64,000 nt of DNA from positions 64,355-128,354 of the forward strand of contig JAVKIP010000002.1 of the NCBI GenBank assembly GCA_031459385.1, read 5' to 3'. Each line of letters opens with the position of its first letter. Within the stretch, counting starts at the first letter, position 1. Shown piece by piece: positions 37,649-45,934 of the stretch. Position numbers and translations under genes: made by a program. The notes beneath the pieces were generated by a model. It ran no database searches. It was not told the DNA's origin and saw nothing but the letters and a program-made list of their open reading frames with translations. Origin of the DNA: Candidatus Fervidifonticultor secundus. GTDB taxonomy: Bacteria; Sysuimicrobiota; Sysuimicrobiia; Sysuimicrobiales; Humicultoraceae.

Positions 37649-39417
37649 CCGGCACCCCGCTGGTCTCGACAGCGCAGCAGGCGCTGCGCGCGCGCGAGGC
37701 CGACGCCATCGCGGCCGTCTCGGGCCCTCGGCTGATGGCGTACACGCGCGACATCACGCGCTGGGTGCGGCTGTCGGGCGAGCCCGACGAGCGTCGGGCG
37801 TTCGAGTACGTGGAAGGCGTGCTGCGCGGCCTGGGTCTGCGCACGCAACTGCTGGAGCACGACGCCTTCATCAGCCTGCCCGGGCCCGCGCGGCTGCGGA
37901 TCACCTCGCCGGTGCGCGAACTCCTGCCGTGCATCACGCATGCGTTCGCCGCGCCCACCGGCGCAGACGGCGTGCAGGGCGAGCTGGTCTATGTGGGGCA
38001 GGGGACCGCGGAAGACTACGCGCGGGTCGACGTGCGGGGGAAGGTTGCGCTGGTCGAGGGCCTCGGGATCGGCGGCAAGGTGCGCCGGGGCGAGGAGCGC
38101 GGCGCGATCGCGCAGGTGTTTATCCACGGCGAGTACACCCACGAGACGAGCGTCTCCCCGCTGTGGGGACCGCCGACGCCCGAGACCGCGCACCTGCTGC
38201 CGCGCACCCCGAGTTTCTCCGTGAACCGGGCGGCCGGTGCCCGTCTCAAGGACCTGCTGGCGCAGGGCCCCGTACGCGTGCGGGCGTGGGGTGAGGTCAC
38301 CACAGGCTGGCGTATGATCCCGCTGCTGGTGGCCGACCTGCCCGGGCAGGTCGAGCCCGACCGGTTCGTGCTCCTCTCCAGCCACCTCGACTCGTGGCAC
38401 TACGGCGCCATGGACAACGGGGCGGCCAACGCCACCCTGCTGGAGGCGATCCGGGTGCTGGTCCCCGGACCGCGACGGCGCAGCCTGCGGGTTGCGTTCT
38501 GGTCGGGCCATTCGCACGGCCGCTTTGCCGGCTCGTCCTGGTACGCCGACCATTTCTGGTTCGACCTCTACCGGCACTGCGTGGCGCACGTGAACTCCGA
38601 CTCCACGGGCGGTCGCGGCGCTACCGTCCTGGAAGAAGCACCGGTGATGGCCGAGACCAGGGCGCTGGCTGCTGAGTTCATCCGGACGATCGGCGGCCAG
38701 GATCTGCGGGGCAAGCGCATCGGCCGGTTCGCTGACCAGTCGTTCGTGGGCGTGGGGGTGCCCTCGGTCTTTGGGACGTTCTCCGAGCAGGATGTGGCCG
38801 ACCCCGAGACGCGCCGCGGCCTCTCGCTTTTCGAGCACGCCCAGGGGCGCGCTGCCGGGCTGGGGTGGTGGTGGCACACCACGGAGGACACGCTCGACAA
38901 GGTGGACGAGGCCTTCCTGGTGCGGGACACGCAGATCTACACCGGCGTGATCTTCCGCCTGCTCAACGAACCCGCCCTGCCCCTCGAGTACGGGGCGACG
39001 GCGCGGGAGATCCGCGACCTGCTGACGCGGTACCAGACGGCGGCGCGCGGCCAGCTCGACCTGTCGGCTGAACTCGACGCGGCCCGCGCGCTGGAAGCCC
39101 GTACGGGCGACCTGCGGCGGGCACTGGCAGCTGCCGCCGCGGCCGGCGACGAGACCCGGCTACGGGTGTTGAACGATACCGTCATGCGGCTCGGCCGCCT
39201 CCTGGTGCCCGTCAACTACACGCTGCGCGGCCCCTTCGAACACGACCTAGGCACGGCGCTGCCGCCTCTGCCGGGCCTGGCACAGGCGGAGGCGCTGGGC
39301 ACGGCCGACCCCCAGAGCGCCCAGGCAAAGGCCCTCTACGTGGCCCTGCGACGGCAGGCCAACCGGGTGCGCTTCGCGCTGGAGGAGGCCTCCGCGATCA
39401 TCGAGGCGGTTATCTAG
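37645..39417 (+). CDS. M28 family metallopeptidase/amidohydrolase with a PA domain
   Basis: SHLDSW..GAMDN, FWSGHSHG, NSD, WWHTTEDT; PA-domain G..EDY...DV.GK. Confidence 0.82.
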   Translation: MTGTPLVSTAQQALRAREADAIAAVSGPRLMAYTRDITRWVRLSGEPDERRAFEYVEGVLRGLGLRTQLLEHDAFISLPGPARLRITSPVRELLPCITHAFAAPTGADGVQGELVYVGQGTAEDYARVDVRGKVALVEGLGIGGKVRRGEERGAIAQVFIHGEYTHETSVSPLWGPPTPETAHLLPRTPSFSVNRAAGARLKDLLAQGPVRVRAWGEVTTGWRMIPLLVADLPGQVEPDRFVLLSSHLDSWHYGAMDNGAANATLLEAIRVLVPGPRRRSLRVAFWSGHSHGRFAGSSWYADHFWFDLYRHCVAHVNSDSTGGRGATVLEEAPVMAETRALAAEFIRTIGGQDLRGKRIGRFADQSFVGVGVPSVFGTFSEQDVADPETRRGLSLFEHAQGRAAGLGWWWHTTEDTLDKVDEAFLVRDTQIYTGVIFRLLNEPALPLEYGATAREIRDLLTRYQTAARGQLDLSAELDAARALEARTGDLRRALAAAAAAGDETRLRVLNDTVMRLGRLLVPVNYTLRGPFEHDLGTALPPLPGLAQAEALGTADPQSAQAKALYVALRRQANRVRFALEEASAIIEAVI

Positions 39418-39503
39418 ACCCCGCGAGCCGTCCCCCGGGTCCCGACCGTTCTCGGACCACGCCGGTCTCGCTGCGGTCGTCCTGGCGCCCCCCGGGGCTC
39501 TAC

Positions 39504-39532
39504 TTGACCTCCTGGCCCTTCCCATTTATCCT
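39504..39532 (+). promoter_or_regulatory. Sigma70 promoter of csoR-copA
   Basis: TTGACC-17 nt-TATCCT. Confidence 0.7.
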
Positions 39533-39541
39533 GTTAACAGG

Positions 39542-39565
39542 ACCCCCTCCCAGTGGGGAGGGGTA
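39542..39565. promoter_or_regulatory. Candidate CsoR operator (C-tract/G-tract inverted repeat)
   Basis: ACCCCCTCCC-AGTG-GGGAGGGGTA just downstream of the -10, resembling TACCC..GGGTA-type CsoR sites. Confidence 0.65.
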
Positions 39566-39602
39566 TTACTAGAGGGACCATGGTTTGTGTAGGAGGGTCG
39601 CC

Positions 39603-39926
39603 ATGGATCCGGCAACTTCCCCCCAGATCCCGCACCGTCACGCCGCGGGCTCGGCGGAGATGCGCGCGAAGATCGTCGCCCGCCTGCGCAGCGTCGCCGG
39701 GCACGTGCGCGGGGTGGAACGTATGGTAGACGAAGGCGCGTACTGCGTGGACGTCATGCGGCAGATTCTGGCGATCCAGCGGGCGCTGGACCGCATCAAC
39801 GGCCTGGTGCTGGAGGACCATCTGCAGACCTGCGCGTCCACGGCGATCCGCTCCGACGACCCAGGCGAGCGCGAGCGGACGATCGCGGAGTTGCTGGAAG
39901 TCTTCGAGATGTCCAGCAAGCTCTAG
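39603..39926 (+). CDS. csoR: Copper-sensing repressor CsoR
   Basis: RL....GH..G..RM.....YC.D...Q and HLQTC (Cys-His-Cys Cu(I) site); AGGAGG RBS. Confidence 0.9.
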   Translation: MDPATSPQIPHRHAAGSAEMRAKIVARLRSVAGHVRGVERMVDEGAYCVDVMRQILAIQRALDRINGLVLEDHLQTCASTAIRSDDPGERERTIAELLEVFEMSSKL

Positions 39927-39954
39927 CCGCAGGCATGGTCTCGGGTGTCGCAGC

Positions 39955-42447
39955 ATGACCACCGCGTCTGACACGACCCTGTCCGCCGTCCGGCCCGGCC
40001 GGCGTGGAGTCCGCCGCGTCGACCTCCCGGTAGCCGGGATGTCCTGCGCGTCGTGCGTCGCGCGCGTCGAGCAGAGCCTGCAGCAGACGCCGGGCGTGGT
40101 CACCGCGCAGGTGAACTTCGCGGCCGAGCGAGCGGCGGTGACCTTCGACCCGGCGACGATCAGCGTCCAGGATCTGGTCACGGCGGTGCACGGCGCCGGT
40201 TACGAGGTGCCGCGTGCTCGCGCCGTGATCCCCATTGCCGGCATGTCGTGCGCCTCGTGCGTGACCAGGGTGGAAGCTGCCCTGCGCGGCGTGGACGGCG
40301 TGGTGGATGCATCGGTCAACCTGGCCCGCGAGCAGGCGACCGTGGAGTACGTGCCGGGCGTGGCTACCCTCGAGGCGCTGCGGCAGGCGATCCGCGAGGC
40401 CGGGTACGAGCCGCTGGCAAGCGAGGACGCGACGGTCGACCGGGAAGCGGAGCGGCGGGCGCGCGAGTTGCACAGCCTGCGGCTCCGGCTGGGCGTCGCG
40501 GCCCTGCTCAGCATACCGATCTTGTGGGGCAGCCTGCCGCACATGGGCATCGCCGTCTGGACGCCCCCGCTGCTCCACGCCTGGGTCGTGCAGTTCCTGC
40601 TGGCGACCCCCGTGCAGTTCTGGGCCGGGTGGCGCTTCTACCGGGGCCTGTGGGCCGCGCTGCGCCACCGCAGCGCCGACATGAATACGTTGATCGCCGT
40701 GGGCACCTCCGCAGCCTACCTGTACAGCGTGGCGGCCACGTTCGCGCCGCAGTGGTTCAGGGGCAGCGGCGTGGAGCCCACCGTCTACTATGAGACGGCA
40801 TCCATCATCATCGTCTTCATCCTGCTGGGACGCTATCTGGAGGCCCGGGCCAAGGGACGGACGAGCGAGGCGATCCGACGGCTGATGGGCCTGCGGGCCA
40901 AGACCGCGCGCGTCGTTCGTGGCGACGTTGAGGTGGATATCCCGGTGGAAGAGGTGCAGGTTGGTGACATCGTCGTCGTGCGCCCCGGCGAGAAGATCCC
41001 CGTCGACGGGGTGGTGGTGGCCGGCCAGTCCACCGTGGACGAGTCGATGATCACCGGCGAGTCGATGCCGGTCGAGAAGGGCGAGGGCGACGAGGTCATC
41101 GGCGCGACCATCAACAAGACCGGCGCGTTCCGGTTCCGGGCGACCCGCGTAGGCCGCGACACGGTCCTGGCGCAGATCGTCCGGATGGTCGAAGAAGCGC
41201 AGGGCAGCAAAGCGCCGATCCAGCGGCTGGCGGACCGCGTGGCCGCCTACTTCGTGCCCGCGGTCATCGCCGTGGCGCTGGTGACGGCCGTCGTCTGGCT
41301 GCTGGTCGGCCCGCAGCCGCGCGTGACGTACGCGCTGCTCACCTTCGTCGCGGTGCTGATCATCGCGTGTCCGTGCGCGCTGGGCTTGGCCACGCCGACG
41401 GCCATCATGGTCGGCACCGGCCGTGGCGCCGAGGCTGGCATCCTGATCCGCGGGGGCGAGGCCCTGGAGACGGCGCACCGTCTCACCGTGGTCGTGTTCG
41501 ACAAGACGGGCACGCTCACCCGCGGCGCGCCACGGGCCACCGATGTGCTGCCCCTGGACGGGATCGATGCGGCCAGCCTGCTGCGCCTGGCCGCGTCTGC
41601 CGAGCGACACTCGGAACACCCGATCGGGGAGGCGGTCGTGGTCTACGCGCGCGAGCGCGGCATCGTGCTGAGTGAGCCATCGGCGTTCGAAGCGGTGCCC
41701 GGGCACGGCGTCGAGGCGACCGTCGACGGACATCGCGTGCTGGTGGGCAACGTCGCCCTGCTGGAGCGGGCCGGCGTGACCGCCGATGGCCTGCGGGCCG
41801 AAGCCGAGCGCCTGGCGGCGGCCGGCAGGACCCCGATGGTGGTGGCTGTCGACGGTGTGCCCGCGGGGATCGTCGCGGTGGCCGACACCCTGAAGCCCCA
41901 CAGTCGCGAGGTCGTGGCGGCGCTGCGCCGCATGGGCGTGCAGGTGGTCATGCTGACCGGTGACACCCGGCCGACCGCCGAGGCCATTGCGGCGCAGCTC
42001 GGCATCGACCGCGTGCTGGCCGAGGTCAAGCCAGGAGAGAAGGCCGCGCAGATCCAGGCGTTGCAGCGCCAGGGCCATGTGGTAGCCATGGTGGGTGACG
42101 GGATCAACGACGCGCCTGCCCTGGTCCAGGCCGATCTCGGCATCGCCATCGGCGCCGGGACCGACGTGGCCATCGAGTCGGCCGACGTCGTGCTCATCGG
42201 CGACGACCTGCGCGGTGTCCTGGCGGCTGTAGCTCTGAGCCGGCGGACGATGCGAACGATCCGGCAGAACCTGTTCTGGGCGTTCGCGTACAATGTTGTG
42301 CTGATCCCGGTCGCGGCCGGCGTGTTGTACCCGTTCACGGGGACGCTGCTCAGCCCGGTGCTGGCAGCGCTGGCAATGGCTGCGTCGTCTGTGACGGTGG
42401 TGAGCAATAGCCTGCGCCTGCGGGCCTTTCGCGTGCCGGCGGCGTAG
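39955..42447 (+). CDS. copA: Cu(I)-exporting P1B-type ATPase with two HMA domains
   Basis: Two GMSCASC motifs, [26 protein letters not shown] and MAASS. Confidence 0.95.
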   Translation: MTTASDTTLSAVRPGRRGVRRVDLPVAGMSCASCVARVEQSLQQTPGVVTAQVNFAAERAAVTFDPATISVQDLVTAVHGAGYEVPRARAVIPIAGMSCASCVTRVEAALRGVDGVVDASVNLAREQATVEYVPGVATLEALRQAIREAGYEPLASEDATVDREAERRARELHSLRLRLGVAALLSIPILWGSLPHMGIAVWTPPLLHAWVVQFLLATPVQFWAGWRFYRGLWAALRHRSADMNTLIAVGTSAAYLYSVAATFAPQWFRGSGVEPTVYYETASIIIVFILLGRYLEARAKGRTSEAIRRLMGLRAKTARVVRGDVEVDIPVEEVQVGDIVVVRPGEKIPVDGVVVAGQSTVDESMITGESMPVEKGEGDEVIGATINKTGAFRFRATRVGRDTVLAQIVRMVEEAQGSKAPIQRLADRVAAYFVPAVIAVALVTAVVWLLVGPQPRVTYALLTFVAVLIIACPCALGLATPTAIMVGTGRGAEAGILIRGGEALETAHRLTVVVFDKTGTLTRGAPRATDVLPLDGIDAASLLRLAASAERHSEHPIGEAVVVYARERGIVLSEPSAFEAVPGHGVEATVDGHRVLVGNVALLERAGVTADGLRAEAERLAAAGRTPMVVAVDGVPAGIVAVADTLKPHSREVVAALRRMGVQVVMLTGDTRPTAEAIAAQLGIDRVLAEVKPGEKAAQIQALQRQGHVVAMVGDGINDAPALVQADLGIAIGAGTDVAIESADVVLIGDDLRGVLAAVALSRRTMRTIRQNLFWAFAYNVVLIPVAAGVLYPFTGTLLSPVLAALAMAASSVTVVSNSLRLRAFRVPAA

Positions 42448-42586
42448 GTGTCGGCCCGGCTGCGGGCGGTCCGTCGGTGACAGGCATACGGATCGGTAGA
42501 AATGAGGAGCCCATGAGGGGCGTAGTCCGTCGGTGCGCCCGGCGCGAGGCTTGGGAACTACCCGGACAGGGAGGAGTGAGGACCCG

Positions 42587-42793
42587 ATGACGAGCAAGAC
42601 CTTCGATGTGCCGCAGATTCACTGCGATGGATGCGTGCAGACCGTCACCTCGGCCGTGCGGAAGCTGCCCGGCATCGCGAAGGTCGAAGCCAGCGCCGTC
42701 ACTAAGCGGGTGCTGGTCGAGTTCGATCCACAGGCGGTCGACGAAGCGCGCATTCGCGAGGCCCTGAAGACCGCTGGTTACCCGGCGGCCTGA
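42587..42793 (+). CDS. copZ: Copper chaperone (HMA domain)
   Basis: 68 aa with IHCDGC and a C-terminal GY; GGAGGAG RBS. Confidence 0.85.
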   Translation: MTSKTFDVPQIHCDGCVQTVTSAVRKLPGIAKVEASAVTKRVLVEFDPQAVDEARIREALKTAGYPAA

Positions 42794-42859
42794 GGCGTGG
42801 CCGACCGGGGTGCCGGCGCGGCCAGGCTGCTGGCGAGCCGGACGGAGGGACCCCAACGC

Positions 42860-43408
42860 GTGACGCGCACGCTCCATCCCAGGGTCCCGCTGCTGGCGGC
42901 TGTCGGGCTGGTGGTCGCCGCGCTCGCCTTCGTCACCGCACGCGCTGGCCGCCAGACATCGATCTCCGGGGCTCTGGCACGGGGACTGGCCCCCGAGGCA
43001 CCGCCGTTCACCCTGCCGCGGCTGGATGGCGACGGGACTTTGGATCTGGCAGCACTGCGGGGCCGGGTCGTCGTGCTCAACTTCTGGGCGTCGTGGTGCG
43101 TGCCGTGTCGCGATGAGGCACCGCTGCTGGAGGCAGCCTGGCAACGCTACCGCGACCGGGGCGTCGTGGTCGTCGGCGTGAACGTGCAGGACCTCACCGC
43201 CGACGCCCAGCGGTTCGTGCGGGAGACACGAACGACGTTTCCGGTCGTGCGCGATCACGACAACCGCGTCTATCGGGCATACGGGCTGACCGGCGTGCCG
43301 GAGACGTTCTTCACCGACCGCCAGGGTCGCATCGTGCGCAAGTTCCCCGGGGCCGTGCTCGAGGCGGCAGAGTGGTTCCGCGCCGTGGAGGACGTGCTGG
43401 CGCGGTAG
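42860..43408 (+). CDS. TlpA/ResA family membrane-anchored thiol-disulfide oxidoreductase
   Basis: N-terminal TM segment; NFWASWCVPC and GVPETF. Start could be 42797 or 42860. Confidence 0.88.
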   Translation: MTRTLHPRVPLLAAVGLVVAALAFVTARAGRQTSISGALARGLAPEAPPFTLPRLDGDGTLDLAALRGRVVVLNFWASWCVPCRDEAPLLEAAWQRYRDRGVVVVGVNVQDLTADAQRFVRETRTTFPVVRDHDNRVYRAYGLTGVPETFFTDRQGRIVRKFPGAVLEAAEWFRAVEDVLAR

Positions 43409-43461
43409 GCGGGGAGGTGGGCCGTGCGCTTGGCCGCCGCGGCCGGCGTGGCGCGGCACTG

Positions 43462-43470
43462 TGGTATACT
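43462..43470 (+). promoter_or_regulatory. Extended -10 promoter of tRNA-Arg
   Basis: TGG-TATACT, 10 nt before the tRNA. Confidence 0.55.
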
Positions 43471-43480
43471 CACGGCGGGC

Positions 43481-43556
43481 GCGCCCGTAGCTCAGCGGAA
43501 AGAGCAACTGGCTTCGAACCAGTAGGGCGGGGGTTCGACTCCCTCCGGGCGCGCCA
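43481..43556 (+). tRNA. tRNA-Arg(TCG)
   Basis: Acceptor GCGCCCG/CGGGCGC, anticodon arm ACTGG-CTTCGAA-CCAGT, TTCGACT, CCA. Confidence 0.95.
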
Positions 43557-43731
43557 GTTCCGCCGCCGTCTACACCCGGGGCGCAAGCGACGCACCGCCG
43601 CCAAGCCACAGCGCGCGGGGCATCCCCGGCCCGTGGTCCGTCTCGACTCGCACATCCCTCTTGCCGGCAGGCAGGAACGCGTTGCCCCGGCAGGACATGG
43701 CTGCCAGCGCGCCCAATCGTGACCCCGCGAC

Positions 43732-44805
43732 ATGGGACATCCGGGCGGCCACCAGAAGCCTCGTGTGGATGCTGACGCCCCCCTGGTGCACGCGGGGCGC
43801 GTGGCCTGCGCCTCCGGCGACGCTCTGACGCGCGACGACCTGCTGACGATCCTCTACTACATGCGCCTGCAGCGGGCCGTCGAAGACCGCGGGATCAAGC
43901 TCTACTACCAGGGGAAGATCCCGGGGGCCTACTTCACCGGGTGGGGACACGAGGCCATCGTCGTGGGCGCTACCTACGCGCTGGGTCCCCAGGACCTGAT
44001 CGCGCCCATGCACCGGGACCTGGCGGCCTACATCATGCGGGGCATCTCCGTGGCCCGCGTCTTCGCCCAGTTCCTCGACCGCGAAGGGGGGCCCACCCGC
44101 GGCCGCGACGGCAACGTGCACATGGGCGATCCGCGCCTGGGCATCCTGCCGTTCATCAGCCACATGGCCGCGTCGGTGCCGGTGGCGGCGGGGATGGCGC
44201 TGGCCTGCCGGCAGCGCGGCGAGGACCGGGTGGTGCTCACCTTCTTCGGCGACGGTGCCACCAGTACCGGGGCGTGGCACGAAGGGGTCAACTTCGCGGC
44301 GGTCATGCGGCTGCCGGTGGTGCTGGTGCTGGAGAACAACCAGTACGCGTACTCGACCCCGCTGGTCCGCCAGACGGCGGCACGCGCCCTGATGGACAAG
44401 GCGGTGGGCTACGGCATGCCCGGCGCGGCGGTGGATGGCAACGATGTCCTCGCGGTGTTTCGGGCCGCGCGCGAGGCAGTGGCACGGGCCCGCCGGGGGG
44501 AGGGGCCCACCCTGATCGAGTGCCGGACGATGCGGGTTCGGGGGCACAGCGAAGCCGACCGGTACGCGTACGTCCCGCAGGATCTCCTCGCGCAGTGGCG
44601 GGCGCGGGACCCCATCGCGCTCTTCGAGCGGCTGCTGCAGGGCGACGGCGTGCTGACCGCCGACATCGACCGCGCCATGCGCGACCGCATCGCCCGCGAG
44701 ATCGAGGACGGCCTCGCCTGGGCCGAGGCGAGCCCGGAGCCGTCGTCCGCGTCGGTGGCCGAAGGCGTCTACGCTGCACCGGAGGATGACTCGCCGTGGC
44801 GCTGA
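43732..44805 (+). CDS. TPP-dependent 2-oxoacid dehydrogenase E1 alpha subunit
   Basis: GHEA, HRD, TPP motif GDGA...ENN, R.RGHS. Start is uncertain. Confidence 0.88.
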   Translation: MGHPGGHQKPRVDADAPLVHAGRVACASGDALTRDDLLTILYYMRLQRAVEDRGIKLYYQGKIPGAYFTGWGHEAIVVGATYALGPQDLIAPMHRDLAAYIMRGISVARVFAQFLDREGGPTRGRDGNVHMGDPRLGILPFISHMAASVPVAAGMALACRQRGEDRVVLTFFGDGATSTGAWHEGVNFAAVMRLPVVLVLENNQYAYSTPLVRQTAARALMDKAVGYGMPGAAVDGNDVLAVFRAAREAVARARRGEGPTLIECRTMRVRGHSEADRYAYVPQDLLAQWRARDPIALFERLLQGDGVLTADIDRAMRDRIAREIEDGLAWAEASPEPSSASVAEGVYAAPEDDSPWR

Positions 44806-45770
44806 TGACCTACCTGGAGGCGATCCGCGACGCCCTGTTGGTGGCGATGCGCCAGGATCCCCGGGTCTTCCTCATCGGTGAGGACATCGGCGTCTACGGC
44901 GGCGCCTTCGGGATCACCCGCGGCTTCCTGGACGAGTTCGGGCCGCTGCGGGTGATCGACGGCCCGCTGGCCGAGACGGCCAACGTCGGCGCTGGCGTGG
45001 GCGCCGCCGTGATGGGCATGCGCCCGGTGGTGGAGATGCAGTTTGCCGACTTCGTCACGGATGCGATGACCCAGGTCGTGAACATGGCGGCGACGTTCCA
45101 CTACCGCACCGGGTGCCCGCTGCCGCTGGTGATCCGCCTGCCCTACGGGGGCGACGTGAAGGGCGGGCCGTTCCACTCGCAGTGCAAGGAGGCCTGGTTC
45201 GTCCACACGCCCGGCCTGAAGGTGGTGGCGCCGGCGTTCGCCGAGGACGCCAAGGGCCTGCTGCTCGCGGCGATCCGCGACCCCAACCCCGTGCTCTACT
45301 TCGAGCACAAGCACCTGTACCGCTACCAGAAGGAAGACGTGCCCGAGGGCGACTATACGACGCCTGTGGGCACAGCGCGCGTGGTGCGCGAGGGCTCGAC
45401 GCTCTCGGTGTTCTCCTACGGCTGGATGCTCCACAAGTGCCTGCAGGCCGCCGATCGGGTCGCGGCGGAGGGGATCCTCCCGGAGGTCGTGGACCTGCGC
45501 AGCCTGGCACCGCTGGATACGGGTACGGTCCTCGCGTCGGTGCGCCGCACCGGCAAGGCCCTCATTGCGTACGAGGCCAACCGCACCGGCGGTGTGGGTG
45601 CTGAAGTGGCGGCGCTCATCGCCGAGGAGGCGTTCGAGAACCTGGACGGGCCGGTCGTGCGGGTCGCCAGTGCGGATGCTCCCGTGCCGCACAGCCCGGT
45701 GCTGGAAGCCGCCTTCCAGCCGCAGGTGGAGGACCTCGCCACGGCGATGCGCCGGCTGGCTGCCTATTGA
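44796..45770 (+). CDS. 2-oxoacid dehydrogenase E1 beta subunit
   Basis: GEDIGVYGG.F, EMQFADF, HSQ, PGLKVV.P, EHK.LY, DLRSL.PLD. Confidence 0.9.
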   Translation: MALMTYLEAIRDALLVAMRQDPRVFLIGEDIGVYGGAFGITRGFLDEFGPLRVIDGPLAETANVGAGVGAAVMGMRPVVEMQFADFVTDAMTQVVNMAATFHYRTGCPLPLVIRLPYGGDVKGGPFHSQCKEAWFVHTPGLKVVAPAFAEDAKGLLLAAIRDPNPVLYFEHKHLYRYQKEDVPEGDYTTPVGTARVVREGSTLSVFSYGWMLHKCLQAADRVAAEGILPEVVDLRSLAPLDTGTVLASVRRTGKALIAYEANRTGGVGAEVAALIAEEAFENLDGPVVRVASADAPVPHSPVLEAAFQPQVEDLATAMRRLAAY

Positions 45771-45934
45771 GGGTCCGGCAGGTCCGCGTATCCGGGCATG
45801 GGCCTGCCCTGGGGCTGCTCGGGGGGCGGCCGACGTGTGGGTCGTCCGCGCCCACATGATCGCCACGCTGGACCCGGGCGCGAGGCTGGCGCTTTGCGAG
45901 GAGCGAGGGGACCACACGGTCGAATAGCGCTTCT

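Noticed and set aside
42513..42590. 25-codon ORF overlapping the copZ start
   Set aside because: RBS spacing is only 3 nt, copZ has its own RBS, and the peptide has no recognisable features.
29035..43480. Possible tRNA-anchored genomic island (catabolic and copper genes between tRNA-Pro and tRNA-Arg)
   Set aside because: I saw no integrase, no duplicated tRNA 3' end and no obvious compositional shift.
45771..45934. Moco riboswitch or gene remnant upstream of the molybdoenzyme
   Set aside because: No recognisable Moco RNA motif; the faint resemblance to an amidohydrolase N-terminus (VWVVRAHMIATLDP) is too short to support.
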